Source: Tubiluchus corallicola (Eukaryota; Animalia; Priapulida). Taken from it: a stretch of 64,000 nt of DNA. The stretch covers positions 124,001 to 188,000 of the forward strand of contig JAQGDQ010000008.1 in NCBI GenBank assembly GCA_030141605.1. The letters are read 5' to 3'. The translations under genes were made by a program, and so were the position numbers. Below the pieces are notes generated by a model. The model searched no databases. It was not told the DNA's origin and worked only from the letters and a program-made list of their open reading frames with translations. Below, piece by piece: positions 49,386-62,308 of the stretch (position 1 is its first letter; each line of letters starts with the position of its first letter).

Positions 49386-52300
49386 ATGGATATTTTACTG
49401 AAGACCATGTTATCTTCCAATGAATCTCCAGAAGTAAAGCAACAGTTCATTGAGGGCATTATAGCAAAGGCTGGGAAGCCCATTAGCTCCCATGTGTGCA
49501 TGAATATATTCGAGGCGACAAGCAGATGGGTTACAAGCGGACATCCAAATCAGCTTCCTCCATCATGGGGAAGAAAGGTAATGAATGTGTGCACACTGCA
49601 CATGCTACAATATATTTTCTCTGTCAATGCAGTGTTGTAATTACAGCTTGGCATACTGTAAGCTGGAAACCTAGCATTAAATGATAGGGCCCCCTAATGT
49701 GAAAGGTCGTTCTGGCTGGACATCTTTCATTAGACAACAAGATGAATCACTAACCTGGCCGAAATGTCTTAATCACATTTTGGTTATCTATAGTTGTACT
49801 CCTCTTCGATAAGAGAAATATGGCGAATGAAACCATCAAGAACACGTATTGAAGCTCTCCATTCACTAACAGGCTGCTTTGTTTATTTTGGTTGCTAAAC
49901 ACTTACTGTGACCACTTACTTAATTTCCTGTTTTTACACATGCATATGTTTTATGACACAAATTTGCAGACATCCAAACGTAACATTATTTTTAAATTTT
50001 CATCATTTTCAAAGCCTGCAAAGGCTTTTAATTTTCAACTGCGCTGCTGAACAACTCTGCCCCACCTTTGGAAGTTTATCGTACTGCTCTAAAATTTTCA
50101 GTTTCTCCTTAACTGTTAGATCTTTACGCTTATGCTCCATTTTTCAAACTTCTTAACTCTTTGCCCTTATTTGTTGTATGATGTTTACTCTTGTAAGTCA
50201 CAATGAATACTGGCTGATTACTGTACCTGCATCTTTGACTATTAACTCATTAAGCTTGAAAGCATGATTTGCAACTAGAGCATCAAAAGGAAACCACTAG
50301 GCGAGTGATTAAATGTTTAGCTTCCGTTAGTTACCGACAGTTTTTATGTATATTTGAACAGAAGCAGACCGTTCCAGGCATTTTTGAGTCAATTAAGCGA
50401 TTGAGTCTATTAACCGTGAGTCTGTTAAGCGGTGACTACTGTATTTTCATTTTTATATTTTAGGTATTTGTTGCCTTTGCAGAGAATAATACATCCACTC
50501 TTGAGCAGTTTGTCACGCCAGACCGAATGCAGCTGTGGCTGTCCTTAACAAGCAATGACATTGAAACATGGCCCGAAACTGTGAGGCTGATTCGCAACGT
50601 GCTATCCATGGTTTTTTGCCGGAAGAGTTTTCCCAAACTTGCTCACATTGTGCAGCGTATGGTAATCATATATCTCAGGGAACATCCGGATATCAAGGTA
50701 CTGTTCACTTTTTTATTTTAGCTAGTACGCTTTTACTTTTGGTAGGTTATGGTAGCAATTTGCTATTTGTCTAAAGTCTTCTACAGGTTATAACTCTCTG
50801 TTAAACCAGTTTGATTGAATTAAACATTGCGAAATAATTGCTAAGAACAAAAATTTGAACAATCATTGATCTGTAGATTGTTTTACAGAGGATTCAATTT
50901 AGTATAAGTGAAAAGACATTTTCATTTAAAGTGTTTCATTTGTATTCCTTTCCTTGTTCCTGCTGTCACCCAAGATGGGAAATCTTTCAAGATGGGAACA
51001 TTTGATACAGTCTTTTCTTTTACCGAAGTAGCAATTATGCTTAGACATCTTAATTTGTACATCAACTCAGTGTTTCACTGAGTCGCTATGCAAATGTTCA
51101 CTTGCTTTGTTTGTTTTCCGTCTTGTACTCATCATGATTTCTTAAATCGAATTTTTTCTTTTGGGGGTTCTTATTTGTGGGTTTCTACAAGGAGCCTGTT
51201 TCCCTGAAAGCTATAACCTTACTCAATTCAAGAGGAAATTCAGTAGGATGCACATCAATCAGTACATTCTGTCACTAGCAAATTAGATGTGTTCTGTTTC
51301 TCAAGACATATATTCCTCCTTTCCTTGCTTTTCCTTGTAGCTTTTTACCTTGACCACTGACCTTATCTGGGGAAATCTTTTTAAAAAAATTAAAATTTCA
51401 AACTTACATTTAGATTTTTGACAGCCAATGAAGTTTTTGTTGTGAATAGAATAATTTAATTTGTTTTTTTTTCTATCTATCTGTGATTTCAGGTAGTATT
51501 GGCACTTGAATATTTAATGACAGGTTACAAAGCTTGTATGCCTGTAGGAGAATTCACAGACTGTTTCTGTGCCACCATTGTTCACGTGTTAGCTCTAACT
51601 GAAATACCATTAGACCCCAAGAAATTTACTGAAGGTAGGACTTTTTAATTTTTTTGCATTTAATTTTCATTTTTCTGTAAAAATATGTTCCTGATTTGAA
51701 CTTAAATTGTGCCCAAACAATATCGTTAATTTGAGTCAATGTGGTAACAGTCTGCGAGCTTTTTTGGTATATTCTTGTTTCTTTTTTAATAACTTGCATT
51801 GAAGTTGTAGGCAGATTAAGTGGTATTTAGGTGAATGATTTTTAGTCACATTCTATATTTTTTATTCTATCTCTCTATTTATCAATTGAACGAGCTCTTG
51901 TTGTACCCCAATCTGGTATCAATCAGCCAATACCCAATTGCAAACAGTGTTGTTTGAAAGCTGATAAATTTGCACTTAATTATAAGCTCTTGATTATGAG
52001 GCTTCTGTGATGTTAAAATGAAATTTTCAATGTAAAATAAATTTCCTGTTGAATTAACATACACATGCACAATATAATCAGGCAAAATTGTTGAGAAACT
52101 GTAAGCCATATTGAAAATTGCACGAAAATGTTGCACAGCATTATCATGTAATTATGTTGTGCTTGTGTATGCTCTCTATCTTATTGGAAATTTTAACAGT
52201 CATTCCATAGAACAATGCTGCACGTTAAGAACAGTGGATCGTATTTTTTTACCTTCCATTTGATACCAAATTGACTTTATGTAAGCATTATATTTTTTAT

Positions 52301-55300
52301 CTAGTTTCGGAATCCCAAACAATGAATTTTCTTAAAAGTGATGAAGCATTTATGTAATTAAACAGGAGTTACTGTATGCTGGGCACGTGTGTAAGACGAG
52401 TGGGCCTTTGGGATAAGAACATGTATTTGTCAAGAGAAATAAAAATCTTGCAGTTAATTTGCTGCTGACAGTGAGTATCTGTTGACATTCTTCTTGAAGC
52501 CTGTGAGATGGTAGTTAACAGCAAATCATTTTTTTATGAAGAATTCCACAAACAAGAAGCCCAAGATAAGACTATGAAAAGTCTCAGAAAAGTGGGCAAA
52601 CTGTCAGCATTTAGAAACGACTCTAGGCTTAATGTAACAGGCGACCTTCGATGATCAAGGGTTGCAGTGTTGCAGTTAGACCAACTAGATTGGCAATATG
52701 ATTTTGCAAGATGTTACACTTATACTAACATAGCTTAGCTATATAAATTTGCAGTTTTTAACAAATACTGGTTGTTGCCTTACAGTTGTAAATGATGTTG
52801 AACAAGCAACAAAGTTTCTCTATTGGATATGGAAGCATTCCGATCACGATACAGTCATGCATTCACTGGACAAAATCTACAAGCTCATCTCGCAGTCAGA
52901 TCCTACGTTTCAGCCGTCGATAGCTCTTGGCAACGTCATTCAAGGCGTGCCTGCAGAACTGGCAGATAAGATGCTGAATCAAATATCAAATGCAGATGTA
53001 GAAGTAAGTATTCCAATGTAGATTCTGTTTGAGAATTATGCTTTGCTTTCCTGCATAAATGCATTAATTCTGTATTTAATACGGGAAAGAATCTTGTTGA
53101 GTGAGAATGACAGCCCTACTGTGACATTTTTGATATTTTTGCTTGTTTGTTTTTAATTTGCGCAGCAAAGATGACAGTTTATATTTATGTGATTTTGGTA
53201 ACGCGTTAAAAGGAACATCATACTTGTTTAGCCTAACTACTAATTAATGGAAGGAAGATGCACTGCAAAATTGTCGTCCAGGCAGGACACATGCGCACGC
53301 ACGCACATACATACGTGATATATCACAGAATTGCACTATCATATACATGTAGTATGATAATTTTGTAAACCAAACATGTGGGCTTAGCATGACATGTTTC
53401 CTACTGATTGCTGAATGGAACATGCACAATAACTGTGTACATTTTAAAGACTAGAGAGTACAAGTGATTACTCACATTGCATTATTCTTCTGTGGATCTA
53501 CACAATTTGGTTAAAGTTATCTGAAAATAATTTGCAAAGATGCAAAATTTTTGGCATGTACTTAACAGATGTACTTCTCATTTTGCATTTCTCATGGGAC
53601 TTTTTCCAGTATTGCATCACTCATTTACTTTGCATTATACTCAGTATTAATTAATTTTTTTGGCACTCTTACTTTTGTAGGCTAACGAAAACATTGTAGT
53701 TTAAACTTACTTGCTCGGCTCTAAAGTTGTGTTTTATTGTATTTGGGCTTATTTTTGTATGAAATAAAACTTGATAAGCTCGTGTTTGGTTGCAGCCACG
53801 TTATGCTCCGAAATGAAGTGTCCTACATGCACAGCTGAATAGCTGAACACGTATCTGACTCATAGCTGACTCATGCATCATACTAAATAATCAAGACTAA
53901 ACCAAATATTTTAAACATCCCTACTTTATGTTGTTTCTACTTTTACAATAGTTAAAAAATGGTGCTCAGAAATATAAATTTGTGTAGCACTTACGTACAA
54001 ACTTTCCAGCATAAAGTTAGCTTAGTTGTGGTGTTAGGCCATAAGTATTTTTCTAGGATGAAAAGTTGTCCAACGTCCTAAATCACATGATAAATTGGAT
54101 GGCTTGGCCACTCGCCACGACAGCTTCAAGCTGGGTCATAGCTTTGTTGCGGAGTTTGTCAGTCGCAGAAAAGGACCACATTTTGATCGAGGTTACAAAT
54201 GACAGAATATGTCAGGTTGGTATCAATTTCTATTTCGTTTACTAACTCGGGTAATTTGGTTTGCTCAGGTTTCACTTGCCATGCCTCATGGTTTTTGTAA
54301 ATATTCTTAGAAGTCGAGAAATTTGTACGATCGTTTACTGATGTACTGTAATGTATGAGTAATCGTTTTTGAACAGTGTGGTTGTTGCTGTCATTTTGGC
54401 ATTTTCGTTAAATTGGTCTAATTGACAACATTTTATCAAAATGATGGAAACCTAGAATTTTTTTCAACGGTTGTGAGAATAACATTATTATTACATTGTG
54501 GAACAGCCAAATTTTGTTTGACCAGTTACTTATCAACATTTTACTGTCTTTGATATGAACGCCATCTTTATCAACAGTAAAAAAATACCATTATGTATCA
54601 AAGCTGGAGCAGAAGATCCTCACAACACCTAGCTGAGTTTTTTACATTGTCATAGTCGACGTGTCATGGACTGTGGTTACTAGACATTCATTTTAATGGT
54701 TTAATATTAAGTTTCACAGAGCAAGGCTAAATGAGAAAGTAGAGAGAAAAAGGAGAAGGTTGAAAGTGTTTGAAAGAGAGAGGACAGAGAGAGAGGGAGA
54801 ACGATAAAAGATAGAGAGAGGGGGGAGAGGAGAGAGAGAGAAAGAATAGGCATATAGAGAGAAAAGGAGATAGAGAGGGAGGGAAGGAGGCAGAAAGAGA
54901 GGAGGAAGAGGGAGAAATCGAATGAGAGGGTGGGAGGCAGAGAGACAGAAGCGAGAGGGAAATGAGAGAGAGCAAGAGGGAGGCAAGGAAGAAAAGAGGG
55001 AAAGGAAGTTAGTCAGAGAAGAGAAACAGGGAAATGAAAATAGGCAGATGTGAACAGAAAGAAAGGAGGTAAGAGAGGGAGGAAGGGGAGAGAGAATGAA
55101 CTGGAGAGAAAAAAGTTGCACCTTGACTGAAATGAGCGTGCGAACCGAACCTCGGAGATTTGTCTCCTCGAACTGTACTCTTGTTCTGGTGTATGAATTC
55201 TTTATTTTAGTTCTACAGTTTTTTCTTTGTATGACATTTGATTTTTTCCACATTTATTTCAATTTAGATTTTTGAGAAGCTAAATCTTCCGGTGTTTGGT

Positions 55301-58300
55301 CCCAGGTACGTGGCAGTGTTGTCAGAGATGCTTCTGTCGTATCAGCATTCACCTGAAGCTTTTCACAAGGTATGCAAGTTCAGTATTAGTAAATTTGTGT
55401 AGGAATTGGTCTATACCACTGCTAAGTGAGTGTACACACACTCAGATTTTTATTAAATAAACTGCATTTGTCAAATTATTTTAAGAATGAAAAAATTTTT
55501 GCTGTTTAGATTGTACAAGATATTCCCCGTATGGTGAAAGAAATACCACCAGAAAACAGTGGGTGTCTACAGAGGCTTACCGATTTGACACATATTTTAT
55601 TACGGATGCATCCCGGTTTTCCAGACTTGTATCAACCTATTGTGGTTTGTCTCCAGGTATGAACTTGAAAACACTTTGTCTTGTACTTTTTCTAAACTGA
55701 GGATATTGTCCCATCTAGCCTAAGATTAGTAAATCATTTAATTGACATTTAGAAAACCAATTCATGTTTTGCAGATTAATGCATACAGTAATGTAGCTCC
55801 TGTAATGCCAGCGTGACAGGAGGTGGTGTCACCTCTCACCTGTAGTCGGCTACCGAAATCTATTACCGGTTGTCATACATATAATATAATAATATGTTTT
55901 TAATGTGTGTGAAAAAATTATAGCTTTAGGTGTTAGCTAATTGAATTGCTTTATGGTTTTGCATTTGTTTTTTTTAATTACAGTGATTGTTGTAACTTGC
56001 AGTTGCACTTGTTATTTAAAAGTGCATTTTTGAATCGTGGTGTGTTTTTTTAAAAACTTTACAGAACTACCTGCCACCAAGTTTTGAGCACATGGACGAG
56101 CACATAAGAGATAAGAAATGGCACATGACTCCCATAGCAGAACTGAGCTGCTGCATGTCATCTGTGTTAGCTAATCGGTCAGAAACTGGAAAGACTGGCC
56201 TTGTAAATCTGGGCAACACATGTTACATGAATTCTGTTTTACAGACTTTGTACATGTGTGATGAGTAAGTGTTTTGACTTAATTTGATTTATTTTAAAAA
56301 GACCGCTCCTTTACACTCGGATACTACAAACAGCCTCAGGTGGTGCTTTTTGATACGATTAAAATGACAGGATGCTTTAAAATTGAAAAAATGTGTTTTG
56401 CTTTGTTATATAAAAAGATCTGGCTAAAGTCGTTCCATAGTAATTTTCTATGCAGTTTGGCTACTGCAGTTAATGCAGGACTGAAACCTGAGTAATTGTT
56501 TAGGGCTTGTTTTCTAAGATAACAGGTACCTAAGCAGCAGATTCAGAGTCTTGCCAGATCTGCATGTGAATGCATTCTCCTTCAGTTAGCTTCCTATAAA
56601 CAGTCAGCCTGTTTGATACCCATTCATGACCCAACCTCGATGTTGCTTAACTTTGATTTATAAGCATACACCATGTCCACTCGACTATTTGTCTGCTTCG
56701 TTTTTACGGGTTAACAGACTCTTAGCTGACTATTTTCTCTTACCATATTTAATTAATATCAGTTGCATTACAATTCTTTTTCTCCACTCAGTTTCAGGAA
56801 CCACATCTTGAATTCTTCCTTCAACAGTAACTCACATAAAGTGACTAGGGCCTTGCAGTTTGTGTTTGCATTTCTAACCAGTACTCATCGGTCAGCCTAT
56901 CAACCACGTGAATTCTTGCACACCGCCAGGCCAGAGTGGTTCGAACCGGGTACTCAACAAGATTGCTCAGAATTTCTCCGCTACTTGCTTGACCAGATAC
57001 ATGAAGAAGACGTGCAAGGTTGTACTAGTCGTGAATATTTCATTTAATTTCAGTTAGTCAATTCAGTACGTACTCACTAAATAAAATAAGCCAAAATACG
57101 GCATTCGTTGATAGGGCCTACTCAACGTAGCTGACTGCCGAGACTTCAGTTTAGCTCACTATCAAGGCTGCGCCTATTAAGATGAGACAAACTAATTAGC
57201 AGAAATATGTTACCACCTGTCATTATGTAAATGCATCCTCCCTCATCTCATTTCCGCTAAAGAAAAGTGACGTAAGTGCAAAACATTTTAATTTTGAGTA
57301 AATTGAACTTAAAGTTAAAGACGGTGCCAACATATACTACGCAACATGGATATAGTATATTTTTCACTAAGTACATTTTTTCTAGTATAAATGTTATATT
57401 GATATGGCCGTTTGTAAAGATACGAAGCCACTTTTGCCCTTGAAATTTGGTTTTTACAAAATGAGGACGCTGTTAGCCAATGAGCAAAGCGATGTATTTC
57501 CTTTACAGAAGAATTTTACTGAACAAATACAGAGCAGGCAAAACTGTAAACATTGTTTAGTATTATAGATCTCAATTATTTATCATTTGAACCTTCGCAA
57601 AAGTTTGTGTTTTCTTATATAAGGCTTATACAAAAAAACGTAACTTCAAAAAACAATGCCACAAGTTGTGCATTCTAGAGCTAAAACTCATCTTTAGTTT
57701 TAAGTTTAAAGCTCATCTAGAGATAATAATTATTATCTCAAAACTGGATCACGTCTTAGTAACCTAGGGCTAATACGTTTTACGCGAAATATCAGCATTA
57801 TTCGAGTTCACGAAAGGAAAACTTAATGATTATCAGTCATGAATGGACGGAGCTTTCTTATTATGTTATCACGTCTTGCAGTTTCAGTGCTTTTTGGTAT
57901 GTCAGCAGTTTCGCAGACCAGAGCAATGTTAAACCTTACTTTCGAAAAATGTTATCAATTCATGATAAGTACCCAACTGCATAAGACAACCCGTACAGAT
58001 TAATGTGCGCTCTACTCTGCAAAATGACAAAGACTTCATTTCTGCCAACATTACATGAGAAACACGCTTTCCAATTTTGTATTTATTACTGATGTTGTCG
58101 CATTTTTGGAAGTCTGATGCATTCGTGTCAACAACATGAGAATGTGCAGCTTGTACTATTTCGACAAATTTAAGGCAGTCTCTTACATTGGCATTCACTT
58201 TTGTGGCAAACAGAATGGCACTCTTATAAGGCCACTCAGAATGGGACTCGTAAACATCTGCCTGGCTTCAGGAAACTTTATTTCGATTGTTTCTGCCCAA

Positions 58301-60784
58301 ATGCGTTTGCTGACATATCAAAGTCTAAAAGCCTAAAGCAGCATGCTTTCTTTAAGTAAAATTAATCTGTCTAATGTAGCAAAAGCAATAGAATTCATGC
58401 CATAACACAACAGGTCGGCAAGTTACATCACAGAGTTGGGCTCGAACAGAATAATATTTCTCGCCTTTTTGCTTTAGCGCATCAGGTATACTGCTCTGCT
58501 TGCATTTTAGTCTAAATTAAACATTCACGTGCCGTAATATGAATAGAATGAATCGTAATTTAAATCAAATTGCCAAAATTTGTGTTTATGTCGCGTGGTA
58601 TTATTTGGTATCCAGCTGGAATCAGTATGACTAATGAAACTGCCCAGAATGATTATTGATTGCGATGAACACCCATCCTTTTACTGACCAGTTTGAGTAG
58701 CTTGCTTAACGTTGGTCGAATAGCGTGTGTAATCAAGTACATCCCATAATCGCTTGGCTATTCCCTCACCTGAAATGTAAAGAGAACAGATTATAAAGTC
58801 ATTTACATTTGATAACAGTTGCTTTCATACACTGTTCATGTTTGTTAATTTTCCATTGGTGTCCCAACTCTTTGTAGGGTTTGATAATACAGTACAGTTG
58901 TATGAAACATAAAAATAACCAAATGTTGTCAGAGCAATGGATAAGTTCAGTGGGTCAAACATTTGCAAAATGCTTGTTTTTGTTGCTTAATAATTGTGAA
59001 ATTTAGACTATTAAATATTTTATGTTCTAACTTAGGACCAACCAGTTACATGAGTGGTTCTTTTAGTACTGGTAGGCTCAGCGGTGGTGGTCTTTCTGCA
59101 GCTCCTCAAAAGAAACAAAAACAATTAGCTAAAGATGCAAAACACCTAACTTCGGCCAGGAGCACTTCTGATAGCGAATGTGTTGATTCGAGAACTGCGA
59201 CTCGGCAGAGTTTCGTGTCGGCGATTTTCGGCGGTGCTATGGAAAGAACGTGCCATTGCTTAAAGTGTGGAACAGAATCCACAACCAAAGAACATTTCAC
59301 CGATATACCTCTGGCTTTTCCGGAAGATCTGTGCTCCCCATCTCATGGCAGTAACGACTCTAGCTTAAAGCAGCTAATCAACTTTTTCTTCAAACCTGAA
59401 AAAATGGACGGTGAAAACAAATATTTTTGCAGCAGGTAAAAATTATTACAATTACTTTAATTCATTAATGTCATTTTCATGTAACATATTTTATTAGAAT
59501 AGGACATGGATGGCTTGGTTTTTATTGTTGTAAATACTGTTGATGCATAGTCATATAAATGATGGTCATTATACTAAAATCATTATCTTTTGCCTTTGTT
59601 TTGCCTTCATCTTCCTAAAAATGACAATCAACTTAATATGCGGAATTTCACCTGAAAATTATGTTTCTACATGTATGTGTTTGTCTTTCTATAAAAATAT
59701 TTTTGTATTTCTATATAAAATAACTTTAGAAATGTTTCTGGTCTGTGAAAATCATGTTTGTGATTTTGTTTTAGCTGTAGCAAGTTGCAAAATGCCGAAA
59801 GAAGAATACAAGTAACTTCTGCACCCAACTATCTCATTATCTCTCTCTTACGGTTTTCTTATGATCCCAAAACGCATGCAAAGTCAAAAATTCTCATTGA
59901 CGTGGCGTATCCACTAACTCTCAATCTACCAACAGTTCTCGAGATGAAGCAAACCGAGATTGCTTACTCATTGTGTGCTGTGATAGTCCATTCAGGTCTT
60001 TCTTCTGAATGTGGTCATTATTACTGTTACTGTCGGTCGAATTCCCACACAAGTATTGGTAATGGTGAAGCTAAGACTGCGACAGAAGATGTTCTACTCA
60101 ATGACTGGTTGTGCTTTAATGACGAGAGGGTTACTTTTACCAATTACGACAGGTTCGGTTCTATCTCAAAGCTGTTTCCACATGACACTCCGTATTTACT
60201 TGTGTACAAGCAAATTGACACACTTGCTGGAGAAAATGCTGCTCCCCCGCCACATTTGGTGCCTTTGAAAAAAGAGTTGCAGGATATTGTGTCCAAAGAT
60301 AATGCAGATCTTTTGAAGGTGATTCGTGTGATTGCTGTATTAATCAAGAACAATAATTTAATAAGCTGTATTTATTCCATCTATGGATTAAATTAAAAGC
60401 TTACTCTCCTTTTATATCACTACATTTTATTTTATATACTTTGCAGCTTGACAGGAGGATAATACTATTCAACAAAAAAATACTCTTTTGTGTGTATATG
60501 AACTGAATTCAGCTAAGCATGACTTTACTTCCATGTTAAGTTACTGTCTAATGCTTTAGAAACATTGAATTTTGTTTTAATTTATATCGTTGTTTGTTTT
60601 GCTAATTGCCCTTTTCTGCATTTCACAGGAACAAGAAACGGAAATCCAGAGACGCAGGCGAAGCAGTTGTGCATCCGCCACCTCCTCTGTGTACCGGAAT
60701 GATAAGAGCGATGGAGCTCCACCTGGAAGCTGTGGAGGGGGCAGTGGATTCAGTATGCATGGTTCAAACCCTTTTGTTTTCTGA
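49386..60784 (+). CDS. USP38: Ubiquitin carboxyl-terminal hydrolase, USP35/USP38 family, about 906 aa
   Basis: Exons 49386-49577, 50464-50697, 51493-51634, 52786-53003, 54057-54215, 55268-55369, 55510-55656, 56065-56264, 56792-57018, 59036-59435, 59775-60318 and 60629-60784, phases consistent, 2721 nt. N-terminus MDILLKTMLSS; MINWMAWP; LLSYQHSPEAFH; HPGFPDLY; Cys box SETGKTGLVNLGNTCYMNSVLQ; QQDCSEFLRYLLDQIHEE; His box HSGLSSECGHYYCY; WLCFNDERV; DTPYLLVY; C-terminus PPGSCGGG..FVF. USP35 and USP38 are vertebrate paralogs, so this is probably a co-ortholog of both. Confidence 0.92.
50009..50441 (-). mobile_element. pogo/Tigger-family copy C (one end only) with the transposase start
   Basis: TIR GTGAGTCTGTTAAGCGGTGACTACTG-TA ends at 50441. 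Minus-strand ATG at 50140 gives MEHKRKDLTVKEKLKILEQYDKLPKVGQSCSAAQLKI, typical of the first HTH of pogo/Tigger/CENP-B transposases. Confidence 0.85.
54718..55112. repeat. GA-rich polypurine low-complexity tract in USP intron 5
   Basis: About 390 nt of almost only G and A on the + strand. Confidence 0.9.
58100..58400 (-). mobile_element. Possible decayed DNA-transposase C-terminus with Cys-rich tail in USP intron 9
   Basis: Minus strand LDRL..SMLL*AFRL*YVSKRIWAE followed, after a frameshift, by CHKSECQCKR..CRNSTSCTFSCC*HEC. This loosely resembles the recalled LPPT..HxxRxxY..W plus CXC tails of invertebrate transposases. Confidence 0.3.
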
Positions 60785-61491
60785 GGGCGTGGAATTTCTA
60801 GCTGTAGAAGAATACGGGGATCTCGTGAATTTAAAATGTGTTATATGTAAATGATTGCTGCATGATTTTGTACTTGTGAAATGCCACTCTAGGTGCTAAG
60901 ATCACTTTGTTAAAATGTTCTGGCCTACCTGTGAGCATTACGCTTGCATTGTCTTCTCTTGACTTGAAAGGTGTGAGAAAATTCAAACACATGCTAATTG
61001 CCAAGTAATCTATTCATTTTTTAATGTAAAGTCTTTGTTGTGTAAAAATGTTTAGAAGCAGCTGCTGTTGCTAATTTATATACTGTGTTGTACATGGTAT
61101 GTATATATAGTACAAAATGTTGATCAAAGGTATTTACAGTTATTGTCTTTCACTAGCTTACAGAATGGTCTTTCATTAGTTATTGTGCCAAAATGGGGAT
61201 TTATCACGAGTATCAATTAAAGGCTCCTTGTTTTTCTGGATAATTTTCATATGCTGGAAAAAGTTATTCTCTTCACTAGTATTTGGTCGTTTGAAGCTGT
61301 TTTGCGTGCATTTTGTAGTTTTTAGCACTACTTTTCCTTTTAATATGATTTTGTTCTGTTTTGCTGTTTTTGTACCTATGTTTGAATATAACAATGGTTT
61401 TCTAAGTTATTTGGGTCATGACTAGAAAATTTTAAGTAAATTTTTCATTGTAGATTTGTATGATACTGTGAGTTTCGTATGAGGAGTACGT

Positions 61492-61640
61492 AAGTCTTAT
61501 ACTATAGAAAGGTTTAGATACGTAGATAATAAAGATCTACATCTTTGTTTTACTGGGTCTGACAAGTCTTATACTATAGCAAGGTTTACATACGTAGCTA
61601 ATAAAGATCCACATCTTTGTTTTACTGGATCCACATCTTT
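61492..61640. repeat. Tandem duplication, 72 bp unit x2
   Basis: aagtcttatactatag.aaggttta.atacgtag.taataaagatc.acatctttgttttactgg starts at 61492 and again at 61564. Confidence 0.9.
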
Positions 61641-61840
61641 ATTTTAAGCACAAAAATGCTCCAATAATCAGTTAAACAGTTATTTTTGAACTGTATTTAA
61701 CATCATTTAAGTTGAACACATTGAAATGCGGTACTGAAATGTAAGAGTAAGTTTCACTTTCTGAAGCTGTAGAATAAACTCCTGTGCTGTTATTGTTACG
61801 TCGAGTAATAATTCTTTATTAACATCATTTTACAACCATT

Positions 61841-62308
61841 TCCACTACTCATTTGTTGTTAATTTATAAACAAGCCAGTTTTTGCTATTCACAGTACTTT
61901 CAGAAAATAAGCATACCAATGTGTAAGAAGTACAACATACTCTAGAAACTATGTGGCCAGCAGAGCAGCTAAAAAGAGATGACGCCTCTCATGCAAAAAG
62001 TGAAACTGATATAGACATGTTAATATTATGACAGAACTTCTGCAATGTGTAACAGCTCCACTACTCATTTGTTGTTAATTTATAAACAAGCCAGTTTTTG
62101 CTATTCACAGTACTTTCAGAAAATAAGCATACCAATGTGTAAGAAGTACAACATACTCTAGAAACTGTGGCCAGCAGAGTGATATCTAGTGACAAAAAAG
62201 ATGAAGCATTAAAAGTTGTTGCAGCTAAAAAGAGATGACGCCTCATGCAAAAAGTGAAACTGATATAGACGTTAATATTATGACAGAACTTCTGCAATGT
62301 GTAACAGC
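61841..62308. repeat. Tandem duplication (61841-62056 and 62057-62308)
   Basis: Near-identical copies starting tccactactcatttgttg and ending gtgtaacagc. The second copy has about 42 extra bases; the first has three 2-nt insertions. Confidence 0.92.

Noticed and set aside
54714-55253. 179-aa Ser/Leu/Pro-rich minus-strand ORF
   Set aside because: By-product of the polypurine tract inside a USP intron.
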